Part shown: one piece after another, positions 38,206-47,229 of the stretch
Numbering within the stretch: the stretch's first letter is position 1
How the letters are laid out: the number at the start of each line of letters is the position of its first letter
Position numbers and translations under genes: made by a program
Source: Bacillota bacterium
Lineage (GTDB): Bacteria; Bacillota; Halanaerobiia; Halanaerobiales; DATFIM01
NCBI GenBank assembly: GCA_051744805.1
Contig: JBNJDK010000002.1
Coordinates: forward strand, 9,791-73,790
DNA length: 64,000 bases
Direction of reading: 5' to 3'
Notes under the pieces: model-generated
What the model was told of the DNA's origin: nothing
The model's input: the letters and a program-made list of their open reading frames with translations, nothing else
Database searches by the model: none

Positions 38206-39939
38206 ATGAAAAAAATTACTGTTTTAACTTTAACTTTTATTTTTATTTTATCACTAAGTGCAATGACTTTAGCAGCAGGACATGAGGTAGAATTAAAAGA
38301 TCCATGGGTTACTGAAAAACCACAGGGTCAACATGGTGGCACTTTAGTAACTGCCCTTTTAGGAGATCCAAAGACATTTAACACTATTATTGCTCAAGAA
38401 ACCTCATCTACAGATATTACAGATGGTTTCATCTTTGAAGGGCTAGTAACTAGAAATGGTGTAACTACAGAAATAGAACCAGAATTAGCTAAAGATTGGG
38501 AAATAAGTGAAGATGGTACAACATATACCTTCCATCTACGCGAAGGTGTAAAGTGGAGTGATGGAGAAGAGTTTACCGCTGATGATGTAATCTTTACTTT
38601 GGATGTTATAAAAGATGAAGATGTTCCAACAAGTACTCGTGATGTTATGATGGTTGATGGTCAGTTTCCTGAATACAGAAAAATTGATAAATATACTGTA
38701 GAAGTAGAAATTCCTAAACCATTTGCACCATTTTTAAACAATATGACTACTTATATTGTCCCAAAACATAAATTATATGAACCCTGGAAAAATGGAAAAT
38801 TCAATGAAACCTGGGGTATTAACACTGAACCAAGCGAAATCGTAGGTACAGGGCCATTTACTTTAGGTGAATATAAAGCAGGTGAAAGAGTAGTACTAAT
38901 CAGAAACTCTAATTACTGGAGAAGAGACACTGAAGGTAAACCATTACCTTATATAACTAGATGGGTTAGAGTAATCTCTGAAAGTCAGGAAACTCAATCT
39001 TTACTTTTTGAAAAAGGACAAACTGATTTTCTTGCTGTAAGAGGTATTGATTTTAACAGATTTAAAGAAAATGCTGAACAGGGTAATTACCATATGATAG
39101 ATGCTGGACCTACTTTCAGTACTAACTTCCTTGTTTTTAACATGAACCCTCGTAATCCTAAATTAGAAGAAGAACCATGGAAATATGACTGGTTTACTAA
39201 TCTTCACTTTAGAAGAGCAGTAGCCTATGCTATGGATAAAGATACTATGATTGATCAAGCCTTAGCCGGTTATGGTACTCCTCAGTGGAGTCCAGTAAGT
39301 GCTCCAAATAAAGTATTCTTAAATGAAGATGTGAAAAAATATCCTTATAACTTAGATAAAGCCAGAGAAGAACTTAAAGAAGGCGGTTTCAGTTGGAATG
39401 ATGATGATCAATTAGTTGATAAAGATGGTAGAAGAGTAGAATTTACTATGATCACTAACTCTGGTAATACTGTTAGAGAAACCATCCTAAATATCATTGC
39501 ATCTGAACTCAGAGATTTAGGTATGAAAATTAACTCTTCACCAGTTGAATTTAATGCTATGGTAAATTCACTTATGAGTGAATGGGACTTTGATACAATA
39601 CTCATAGGACTTACCGGTGGAGTTGAACCACATTCTGGCTCAAATGTCTGGCCTTCACATGGACATCTTCATATGTGGAATCCACAACAGGAAGAACCAG
39701 GAACTGAATGGGAAGCTAGAATTGATGAGTTATTTGAAAAAGGTGCTTCTACTGTGAATACTGAAGAAAGAGTTGAATATTACAATGAATTCCAGGAAAT
39801 TATAGCAGAAAGAGTTCCAGTTATTTATACTGTTACTCCAAATAGTCTTTACGCTATAAGAAATGACTTGAAAAATACAGAACCTACTGCTTATGGTGGA
39901 GTTACCTGGAATATCCATGAACTTTATTTCTCAAATTAA
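38206..39939 (+). CDS. ABC transporter substrate-binding protein, family 5 (peptide/nickel, OppA/DppA-like)
   Basis: Signal peptide MKKITVLTLTFIFILSLSAMTLAA. Size and motifs (..WSDGE.FTADDV.F..) are typical of SBP_bac_5. Strong SD AGAGGAGGA. Confidence 0.88.
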   Translation: MKKITVLTLTFIFILSLSAMTLAAGHEVELKDPWVTEKPQGQHGGTLVTALLGDPKTFNTIIAQETSSTDITDGFIFEGLVTRNGVTTEIEPELAKDWEISEDGTTYTFHLREGVKWSDGEEFTADDVIFTLDVIKDEDVPTSTRDVMMVDGQFPEYRKIDKYTVEVEIPKPFAPFLNNMTTYIVPKHKLYEPWKNGKFNETWGINTEPSEIVGTGPFTLGEYKAGERVVLIRNSNYWRRDTEGKPLPYITRWVRVISESQETQSLLFEKGQTDFLAVRGIDFNRFKENAEQGNYHMIDAGPTFSTNFLVFNMNPRNPKLEEEPWKYDWFTNLHFRRAVAYAMDKDTMIDQALAGYGTPQWSPVSAPNKVFLNEDVKKYPYNLDKAREELKEGGFSWNDDDQLVDKDGRRVEFTMITNSGNTVRETILNIIASELRDLGMKINSSPVEFNAMVNSLMSEWDFDTILIGLTGGVEPHSGSNVWPSHGHLHMWNPQQEEPGTEWEARIDELFEKGASTVNTEERVEYYNEFQEIIAERVPVIYTVTPNSLYAIRNDLKNTEPTAYGGVTWNIHELYFSN

Positions 39940-39964
39940 ATTAAGCTAAATTTAAATCCCAAAA

Positions 39965-39996
39965 AGAAGGGGGATCTTTCCCCCTTCTTCTTTTGA
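39965..39996 (+). terminator. Intra-operon hairpin terminator or attenuator after the binding-protein gene
   Basis: AGAAGGGGGA-tctt-TCCCCCTTCT followed by TCTTTTG. Confidence 0.7.
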
Positions 39997-40086
39997 AATT
40001 ATAATATTTTGTTTTATTAAAAAATTAATAATAAACTTATTATTTATCAATATAAGAGAAGCTATATTTGAAAGGAGTATGGAGTA

Positions 40087-41055
40087 ATGAAAACATATAT
40101 AATAAGGAGAATATTACAGGCCATACCATTACTTTTGGCCATATCATTATTAGCATTTGTGATTATGCAATTATCTCCAGGTAGTTATCTAGATAGAGTA
40201 AGATTAAATCCTGATGTTTCTGAAGAACTTATAGAAACCATGGAAAGACAATATGGACTTGACAAATCAGTGCCTGAACAATATTTTCACTGGTTATGGC
40301 AATTATTACATGGTAATCTAGGAGAATCCTTTACCTACAAAGTTCCTGTCACCCATGTAATTGGAAGTCGAATGTTAAACACTCTAATATTATCAGTAGC
40401 AGCTATGATTTTAGCCTGGGGTTTTGCAATCCCAATTGGTATTTATTCGGCTACTCATAAATATACTTTTGGAGATAATTTATTTACAAGTTTGGCTTTT
40501 GTTGGATTATCTATACCAAACTTCTTTTTTGCACTATTACTTTTATTTTTAATAGTAAGATTTAATGTTGGTCTGCCCATTAGTGGAATGACCAGTGTCA
40601 TGCATGATTTTTTAAGTCCTGCCGGAAAAGTTCTGGATATCTTAAAACATTTACTTGTTCCAGCAGTCGTTCTTGGAACAGCTCGTATGGCAAGTTTAAC
40701 AAGACAGATGAGAGGTCAAATGATAGATGCTATGCGTTCTGATTATATTAGAACAGCAAAATCTAAAGGATTAAGAAAAAGGAAAGTTGTTTATAAACAT
40801 GCTTTACGTAATGCAATTAATCCAATGATTACTATTTTTGGGTTTCAAATAAGTGCCCTCCTGAGTGGAGCTGCCCTGACTGAAACAGTTACTGGTTGGC
40901 CAGGTTTAGGTAAAATGATGTTAACTGCTGTTAGATCAAAAGATTTATATTTAGCTATGGCTGGCTTGATGATGGGTAGTGTTTTATTAATTGCTGGTAA
41001 TCTTATAGCTGATGTATTATTGGCTGTAAGTGATCCACGGATAAGGTATAACTAA
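40087..41055 (+). CDS. ABC transporter permease (DppB/OppB-like)
   Basis: MKTYIIRRILQAIPLLLAISLL.F...L.PG and the EAA-like loop (YIRTAKSKGL..R.V..KHALRNA). Confidence 0.9.
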   Translation: MKTYIIRRILQAIPLLLAISLLAFVIMQLSPGSYLDRVRLNPDVSEELIETMERQYGLDKSVPEQYFHWLWQLLHGNLGESFTYKVPVTHVIGSRMLNTLILSVAAMILAWGFAIPIGIYSATHKYTFGDNLFTSLAFVGLSIPNFFFALLLLFLIVRFNVGLPISGMTSVMHDFLSPAGKVLDILKHLLVPAVVLGTARMASLTRQMRGQMIDAMRSDYIRTAKSKGLRKRKVVYKHALRNAINPMITIFGFQISALLSGAALTETVTGWPGLGKMMLTAVRSKDLYLAMAGLMMGSVLLIAGNLIADVLLAVSDPRIRYN

Positions 41056-41068
41056 GGGGGGATAAAAA

Positions 41069-42211
41069 ATGAAAACAGAATTCAATCCAAATGAAAATCC
41101 TGAAGAAGTAATTGAAAATATAGAAGAACGAGAAGATAAAAAAGATGATGAATATAATTTTTGGGAAGAAACCTGGAAAAGATTACGCCGTCATAGAATG
41201 GCAATGATAGGTGGTACAGTAATTATTATTATATATTTATTAGTCATTTTTGCTGGTTTTTTATCACCCTATCATCCTCATAATGGCTCTAAAAAACATT
41301 TTTTTCATCCTCCAACTAAAGTTCATTTCACCGATGAAGATGGTCTGACAAGACCCTATGTATATAGAACTGAATCAGTTGGTTGGGCTGAATATGAAGT
41401 AATAAAAGATAAAAAATATCCAATAAAATTCTTTTATCATGGTGATGAATATAAATTTTTAAATCTCTTTAAAACTGATCTTCACCTCTTTGGAGTTGAT
41501 AAACCAGCTCATATATTTTTATTAGGTTCAGATAATTACGGTCGAGATGTATTTACAAGGTTATTGTTCGGTGGACGGGTCTCGATGTTTATAGGTTTTA
41601 TAGCAATATTTATTTCTACAGTTATTGGTCTGCTGGTAGGTGGTATAGCCGGATACTATGGTGGATGGATTGATAATGCCCTCATGCGGCTGGCAGAAGT
41701 TGTTATGTCAATCCCCAGTTTTTATTTACTCTTAGCACTGGCTGCCGTTTTACCGTTAGATGTTTCCTCAACATTTCGTTTCTTTTTAATTATTACAATT
41801 TTATCTTTTATAGGTTGGGCCGGTATGTCGCGTGTTATAAGAGGTATGGTATTATCAGTTAGAAATGAAGAATATATCCTTGCTGCACGGGCCTTAGGCG
41901 CAAAAGATAAGAGAATTATAATCAAACATGTTCTTCCCAGTACTGCTACTTATGTAATAGTTAGAGCTACTGTAGCAATTCCTGGTTATATCATCATGGA
42001 ATCTGGTCTAAGTTTTCTTGGTCTAGGAATACAGGAACCAAATGCTAGCTGGGGTAATATGTTAACTGCTGCTCAAAATGTTACTAAAATTACCGGTTTC
42101 CCCTGGCTTTTAATTCCAGGTGTAATGATATTTATAGCAGTTTTAAATTATAACTTACTGGGTGATGGATTAAGAGATGCTTTAGACCCTAAATCTACTC
42201 AGGACCACTAA
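41069..42211 (+). CDS. ABC transporter permease (DppC/OppC-like) with an acidic N-terminal extension
   Basis: C-terminal BPD_transp_1 core (EEYILAARALGAKDKRIIIKHVLP) and the ...LGDGLRDALDPK tail. Confidence 0.9.
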   Translation: MKTEFNPNENPEEVIENIEEREDKKDDEYNFWEETWKRLRRHRMAMIGGTVIIIIYLLVIFAGFLSPYHPHNGSKKHFFHPPTKVHFTDEDGLTRPYVYRTESVGWAEYEVIKDKKYPIKFFYHGDEYKFLNLFKTDLHLFGVDKPAHIFLLGSDNYGRDVFTRLLFGGRVSMFIGFIAIFISTVIGLLVGGIAGYYGGWIDNALMRLAEVVMSIPSFYLLLALAAVLPLDVSSTFRFFLIITILSFIGWAGMSRVIRGMVLSVRNEEYILAARALGAKDKRIIIKHVLPSTATYVIVRATVAIPGYIIMESGLSFLGLGIQEPNASWGNMLTAAQNVTKITGFPWLLIPGVMIFIAVLNYNLLGDGLRDALDPKSTQDH

Positions 42212-42226
42212 TACCATAAAGAATAG

Positions 42227-42265
42227 AAAAAAGAGCAAGGTTTCTTATAACCTTGCTCTTTTTTA
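42227..42265. terminator. Bidirectional rho-independent terminator between convergent operons
   Basis: AGAGCAAGG (42232-42240) pairs with CCTTGCTCT (42251-42259), flanked by an A-run on the left and a T-run on the right. Confidence 0.85.
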
Positions 42266-42274
42266 ATTCTAATA

Positions 42275-43258
42275 TTATTTAAAAACACCTTTAATTTTAT
42301 AACTGCATTTTGGACATTCACCTTTCTCAAGAAAAACCTCAGTATTATAACCATCTCTAGAAATCAACTCTTTTCCACATTGAGGACAATAAGTATTACC
42401 TTTTTTAGAAGTACGCAAATTCCCTAAATAAACAAAATCTAAATATTTCTTTGCCAGTTCATAAGCCTTTTCCATAGTTTTAACTTCTGTAGCTGGTTTA
42501 TCCATCTTATACGCAGGAAAATATCTTGAAAGATGGAGAGGTATAGATTTATTTATATTTGAGATCCACTTAAATAATTTTTTTAATTCTTCTCGCTCAT
42601 CATTAAGATCATTGATAAGCAAAGTAGTAATTTCAAGATGAGTATTGTTGGCCATTTTTTTTATTGTCTCTTTTACAGGCTCCACTCGACCCTCAGCATA
42701 TTTTTTATAAAAATCATCATTAAAAGATTTCAAATCAACATTTGCTGCATCTATATAAGGTAAAATATTCTCTAAAGGCTTATTATTAATAAAACCATTA
42801 GTTACCAGTACATTTTTCAACCCTTTTTTTGAAGCTTTTTGGGCTGTTTCTTTTACGAATTCATACCAGACAACTGGTTCAGAATAAGTATATGCTATAC
42901 TTTTGACATTTTTTTGCTCTGCCAGTTCTATAACTTCTTCAGGGGTTAATGATTGAGTAGGAGGATTCCCCTGACTAATTTTCCAGTTCTGACAAAACTG
43001 ACATTTAAAATTACAACCAAAAGTTCCTAAAGATAAAATTCTGGAAGCAGGATAAAAATGATACAAAGGCTTCTTCTCTATAGGATCAACACCAATAGAA
43101 CTAATTTCCCCATAATTAATAGTATATAAAATTCCATCTTTATTTTTTCTTACTCTACAAATTCCATTATCTCCATTTTTGATCAAACACTGGTGAGGAC
43201 AAAGTTTACATTTCACTTTATGATCTATAGACTCTTGAAAATCAGCTATTTTTTCCAT
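42275..43258 (-). CDS. amrS: AmmeMemoRadiSam-system radical SAM enzyme (PFL-activase-like)
   Basis: GCNFKCQFCQNW (CxxxCxxC), N-terminal CKLCPHQC...C cluster and a C-terminal CPQC...CPKC ribbon. Adjacent to the AMMECR1 gene. Confidence 0.85.
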   Translation of the reverse strand: MEKIADFQESIDHKVKCKLCPHQCLIKNGDNGICRVRKNKDGILYTINYGEISSIGVDPIEKKPLYHFYPASRILSLGTFGCNFKCQFCQNWKISQGNPPTQSLTPEEVIELAEQKNVKSIAYTYSEPVVWYEFVKETAQKASKKGLKNVLVTNGFINNKPLENILPYIDAANVDLKSFNDDFYKKYAEGRVEPVKETIKKMANNTHLEITTLLINDLNDEREELKKLFKWISNINKSIPLHLSRYFPAYKMDKPATEVKTMEKAYELAKKYLDFVYLGNLRTSKKGNTYCPQCGKELISRDGYNTEVFLEKGECPKCSYKIKGVFK

Positions 43259-43267
43259 ATTTATCCC

Positions 43268-43786
43268 TCACTCTTTATATCTTTTCACTTCAAACCTATA
43301 AATTTCAATATCATCATTTTTGCTTAAACCCGCTTTTTTTCTGGCTATATTTATTTGTTTCTCAACTGTATCAACACCTTCTAAATCCGGTAATAAAAGA
43401 CCACTTTGATGGCCACCTTTTACCATAATACCATATCTTTCTGGATTTAAATTTTCCTTATTTTGTACTTTTTCCATTTCACCAATTATATCTACTGAAT
43501 ACTCAATCTCATTTAATTCATCTGCTTTAACTGCAGGAAAACGCGGATCATGTTCAGCAGCACTAATAGCATTTTTCTGAACTTCAGCAGCAATATTTTT
43601 TTGAGTAGGACGTACCGTACCTATACAACCCCTTAAATCTCCATTCTTTTTTAAGGTGACAAATACCCCTGCTTCTCTTTTTAATTCTTCTGAAAGATCT
43701 TCTTCTATTTTATACATTTTACCATGTAAAATATATTCTTCAATTGTTTTTTTGGCCAAATTAGGAACATCTTCTTTTTTTAACAT
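43268..43786 (-). CDS. amrA: AMMECR1-domain protein (AmmeMemoRadiSam system protein A)
   Basis: LRGCIGT signature, DPRFP. Start moved to ATG 43786 (AGAGGTGA SD that overlaps the upstream stop codon). Confidence 0.88.
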   Translation of the reverse strand: MLKKEDVPNLAKKTIEEYILHGKMYKIEEDLSEELKREAGVFVTLKKNGDLRGCIGTVRPTQKNIAAEVQKNAISAAEHDPRFPAVKADELNEIEYSVDIIGEMEKVQNKENLNPERYGIMVKGGHQSGLLLPDLEGVDTVEKQINIARKKAGLSKNDDIEIYRFEVKRYKE

Positions 43787-43797
43787 AACTATCACCT

Positions 43798-44622
43798 CTA
43801 TTGTATTATTTTAAATGAACATACAGCATAACCCACTCCAAATGTACCTTCATAAGATTTTAAATCACTTTTCACATCATAATTATGAATGGCTCCCAAT
43901 GTCATTATTATTGGTCTATATCCACACTCACCAGCTTTTTCAATTAAACTTTTGTCAATCTTTAATACTTCTTCAAATTTTTCTTGAGAAAGGAGAGTAG
44001 TTAATTCTTTATCAAAATTTTCTGCTTCAGGATTATAACCTGCAGGAGCTCCTGATTTCAGTTTATGTGATAAATCCCCACTTGCTAAAATTGCTCCTTC
44101 TAAATCCATATCAATAAGGGTTTCATCTAATAATTTTCCAAATCTATAAAGTGTTTGATAATTTAATAATCCCATAGAAATAGCCACAACTGGAACATCT
44201 AATCCTGCTTCTAATAAATAATGTAAAGGTACCATCACTCCATGATCAAGTTCATTACTAAAACCATAAGATTGTAAATCTTTTCTTTTTAGTTTTACTA
44301 ATCTTATATTATTAGCATCAGTTTTATTTTTTAATTCATCTATAAATTTAAGGTTAGATTTTACTTCATACTTAGCCTGAGGAGCTCCAAAGTCCCTAAA
44401 ATCTCCTTTTAAATTCTCAGAATAAACCACTGCAATACCATCCCTAAGAATTGGCCCATGAGGACTAATTGTAATTAAAATATCCGGTTTTGAATTGACT
44501 ATCTCTTCACTAAGTTCCTGTAAACTATCAATTGTTTTTTGAACCTCTTTTCTTCTTCGTCCACCTACTTCTGGAATTATTAAAGGTGGATGAGGACTAA
44601 GGCCAGCAATTTTAACACCCAT
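43798..44622 (-). CDS. Class III extradiol-dioxygenase subunit-B-like (LigB/Memo-superfamily) protein occupying the 'protein B' position of the trio
   Basis: SPHPPLIIPEVGG, ISPHGP, LDHG, SGDLSH; LigB-type metal-site pattern. Translationally coupled to the AMMECR1 gene. Confidence 0.75.
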   Translation of the reverse strand: MGVKIAGLSPHPPLIIPEVGGRRRKEVQKTIDSLQELSEEIVNSKPDILITISPHGPILRDGIAVVYSENLKGDFRDFGAPQAKYEVKSNLKFIDELKNKTDANNIRLVKLKRKDLQSYGFSNELDHGVMVPLHYLLEAGLDVPVVAISMGLLNYQTLYRFGKLLDETLIDMDLEGAILASGDLSHKLKSGAPAGYNPEAENFDKELTTLLSQEKFEEVLKIDKSLIEKAGECGYRPIIMTLGAIHNYDVKSDLKSYEGTFGVGYAVCSFKIIQ

Positions 44623-44671
44623 TTATAACTCCTCCTTTTAAATGCTGAATTTTGTGACATTTTTCAATAAC

Positions 44672-44702
44672 AAAAAAGAGAGGAGATCCTCTCTTTTTTT
44701 GA
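44672..44702 (-). terminator. Rho-independent terminator after rpsI
   Basis: AGAGAGGA-gatc-TCCTCTCT flanked by A and T runs. Confidence 0.8.
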
Positions 44703-44717
44703 AAAATATTTGGGATT

Positions 44718-45110
44718 TTATCTTTTGGAAAACTGTGGAGCTTTTCTTGCTTTTTTGAGACCATACTTTTTTCTTTCTACCATACGAGAATCTCTTGTAA
44801 GATAACCAGCCTTTTTCAATGGTGAACGGAAATCTTCATCAACTTCTAGTAGAGCACGAGCTATACCATGACGAATAGCACCTGCCTGTCCAGAAAGACC
44901 TCCTCCCTGTACATTTACAAGTACATCGAAATTAGCAAGACTTTCAGTTAATTCCAAAGGAGATTTCAAATCACGTATGAGTGACTTTCTATAAAAATAA
45001 TCTTCAACTTCTCTATCATTTACAATTATATTACCATCACCAGGTACTAATCTAACTCTAGCGGTAGCAGTTTTTCTTCTACCAGTTCCCCAGTACTGTA
45101 CATCAGCCAT
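44718..45110 (-). CDS. rpsI: 30S ribosomal protein S9
   Basis: YWGTGRRK...ARVRL.PG and the C-terminal ..[12 protein letters not shown]. Confidence 0.98.
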   Translation of the reverse strand: MADVQYWGTGRRKTATARVRLVPGDGNIIVNDREVEDYFYRKSLIRDLKSPLELTESLANFDVLVNVQGGGLSGQAGAIRHGIARALLEVDEDFRSPLKKAGYLTRDSRMVERKKYGLKKARKAPQFSKR

Positions 45111-45129
45111 AAAATCTTCCTCCTTTCAT

Positions 45130-45558
45130 TTACAATTCTAATTCTTCAGGTTGTTGTGCTTGATGTGGGTGCTCAGAACCAGAATAAACTTTTAGTTTCT
45201 TGAAAATCTTTTCTCCCAGATTATTATGTGGTAACATTCCTTTTACAGCATTCTTTATAATAAGTTCAGGATTTTTATCCTTAAGTTTTTCATAAGTAGT
45301 TGTTTTTAAACCACCAGGATAATTACTATGATGAACATATTCTTTTTCCTGCCATTTATTACCTGTAAGTTTTATTTTTTCTGCATTAATTACAATCACA
45401 TAGTCCCCTGTATCTACACTTGGGGTAAAAGTAACTTTATGCTTACCCCGCAATATCTGAGCAACTTCTGAGGCAAAACGTCCTAAAGTTTTACCTGAAG
45501 CATCGACTATATACCATTTTCTATCCACTTCTTCAGGATTAGCCATATATGTTGACAC
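45130..45558 (-). CDS. rplM: 50S ribosomal protein L13
   Basis: (M)[27 protein letters not shown]. Start moved to GTG 45558 (AAGGAGGG, 6-7 nt). Confidence 0.95.
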   Translation of the reverse strand: MSTYMANPEEVDRKWYIVDASGKTLGRFASEVAQILRGKHKVTFTPSVDTGDYVIVINAEKIKLTGNKWQEKEYVHHSNYPGGLKTTTYEKLKDKNPELIIKNAVKGMLPHNNLGEKIFKKLKVYSGSEHPHQAQQPEELEL

Positions 45559-45592
45559 TGATATCCCTCCTTTATCCAAAAATACTATTTAG

Positions 45593-45630
45593 CAATATAT
45601 CACAAGGTAACGGGGCCTTCAGACATATTG
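45593..45630 (-). ncRNA. Candidate autoregulatory leader hairpin upstream of rplM (L13-leader-like)
   Basis: Minus strand: CAATATGTCTGAAGG-ccccgtta-CCTTGTGATATATTG (13 pairs with a 2-nt internal mismatch), between the promoter and the SD. Confidence 0.3.
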
Positions 45631-45640
45631 ATTCATAGTA

Positions 45641-45669
45641 ATTTTATTATATTTAAAGCCAAATGTCAA
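45641..45669 (-). promoter_or_regulatory. Sigma-A promoter of rplM-rpsI
   Basis: Minus strand: TTGACA (45669-45664), 17 nt, TAAAAT (45646-45641). Confidence 0.65.
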
Positions 45670-45676
45670 TTTTTTT

Positions 45677-46414
45677 CTAATAATAAACCTTTAATAATGT
45701 TAGACCTTTAGCTGGTGCTGTGAATCCAGCTTCAGTGCGATCACGACTTTTTAGTATTCGCTTCACATCATCTGTCGGTCTTTTATCTAAACCAATTTCT
45801 ATTAATGTTCCAATAATTATTCTAACCATATTATAGAGAAAACCTGTTCCAATAATTTCAAACCAAATTTCTTCACCAACATGTTTTATTTCAAAACTTT
45901 TTATTTCCCGCTCCGTAGTAGCTACATCACTACCTGCAGATTGAAAAGCAGCAAAATCATATTTGCCTATAAAATCTTTTAAAGCAAACTTTACCTTTTT
46001 TAAATCTAATTTTTTATATAAAGTATATACATAATTCCTGGTAAAAACCGAATGATAAGATCTATTCAAAAGACGGTATCGATATTTTTTAGCTGTGCTA
46101 TCATATCTTGCGTGAAAATCATTAGTTACAAGTTCAGCATCTTTACAAACAATATCAGCTGGCAACATACTATTTAAAGCAATTGGTATTTTGGAAACTG
46201 GAATATCTACATCTAAATAAAAGTTAGCAGTCTGCCCCTTTGCATGTGCTCCAGAATCAGTTCTCCCGGCTCCTATAACAGGAACTTTAGATTTATTTAG
46301 TTTAGTTAATTTCATTTCAAGTGTCTGTTGAATAGTTTTTTTAGTATGTTTTTGGTACTGCCATCCCTGATAATTAGTACCATCATATTCCAAAATTATT
46401 TTTATATTACGCAT
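45677..46414 (-). CDS. truA: tRNA pseudouridine(38-40) synthase
   Basis: I.YDGT.Y.GWQ.Q, GAGRTDSGAHA (catalytic Asp), FLYNMVR. Confidence 0.96.
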   Translation of the reverse strand: MRNIKIILEYDGTNYQGWQYQKHTKKTIQQTLEMKLTKLNKSKVPVIGAGRTDSGAHAKGQTANFYLDVDIPVSKIPIALNSMLPADIVCKDAELVTNDFHARYDSTAKKYRYRLLNRSYHSVFTRNYVYTLYKKLDLKKVKFALKDFIGKYDFAAFQSAGSDVATTEREIKSFEIKHVGEEIWFEIIGTGFLYNMVRIIIGTLIEIGLDKRPTDDVKRILKSRDRTEAGFTAPAKGLTLLKVYY

Positions 46415-46437
46415 TATATCTCATCCATTAATAAGTT

Positions 46438-47229
46438 TTAAAAAAAGCTAATAAAAATAGCAAAAACTATAGTTAAAGTTAAAGCCCAAAAATCAATATT
46501 TTTAAAAGATAATTCATGAAGCCTTGTTCGTCCTTCTCCCCCTCTATAGCACCTTGCTTCCATTGCAAGTGCTAAATCATCAGCTCTTCTAAATGCACTT
46601 ATAAAAAGAGGAACGAGTAATGGAATTAAACTTTTAGCTCTATTAATTATATTACCACTTTCAAAATCTGCACCTCTAGCTTTTTGAGCTTTCATTATTT
46701 TTTCAGCCTCTTCAAGTAAAGTTGGAATAAATCTCAATGCAATTGTCATCATCATTGCCAGTTCACTTGCAGGTACTCCAAATCTTTTAAGTGGTTTTAA
46801 TAAATATTCTATCCCGTCTGTAAGTTGTAATGGTGAAGTAGTAAGAGTTAAAAGTGAAGTAAACATAATCAAAAGAATTATCCTGGAAACCATAAAAAAC
46901 CCTGTAAAAACACCCTCTTCTTCAATACTTATAAATCTCCACTGCCAATAAACATCTCCACCTTTTGTTAAAAACACATGTAGTAATAAAGTTAGTAAAA
47001 CTAAAAATAAGATTGGTTTTAAACCTTTAATAATCTTTTTTAGAGGGAGTTTGGCAATGAAAATAATTGAAGCAACATATACAAGAAAAAAAGCAAATCC
47101 AATAAATTTGCCTATGAAAAAGAGTGCTGTAATTAATATTATCGTTATAATTATTTTCATCCTGGGGTCCAATTTATGAATTATTGAATTACCAGGAATA
47201 TATTGCCCAATAGTTATATCAGTTAACAT
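46438..47229 (-). CDS. ecfT: Energy-coupling-factor transporter transmembrane component
   Basis: CbiQ-family membrane protein (..ARG...E.......L.PL...A.RRA..LA.AMEARC) downstream of two ECF ATPases. Confidence 0.92.
   Translation of the reverse strand: MLTDITIGQYIPGNSIIHKLDPRMKIIITIILITALFFIGKFIGFAFFLVYVASIIFIAKLPLKKIIKGLKPILFLVLLTLLLHVFLTKGGDVYWQWRFISIEEEGVFTGFFMVSRIILLIMFTSLLTLTTSPLQLTDGIEYLLKPLKRFGVPASELAMMMTIALRFIPTLLEEAEKIMKAQKARGADFESGNIINRAKSLIPLLVPLFISAFRRADDLALAMEARCYRGGEGRTRLHELSFKNIDFWALTLTIVFAIFISFF

Noticed and set aside
44652-44669. Third Rex-like sequence (TTGTGAC-ATTT-TTCAATA) upstream of the LigB-like/AMMECR1 operon
   Set aside because: The right half-site is poor and the symmetry is broken. 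No convincing promoter sits around it, because the region is mostly the rpsI terminator. It is consistent with chance in AT-rich DNA.
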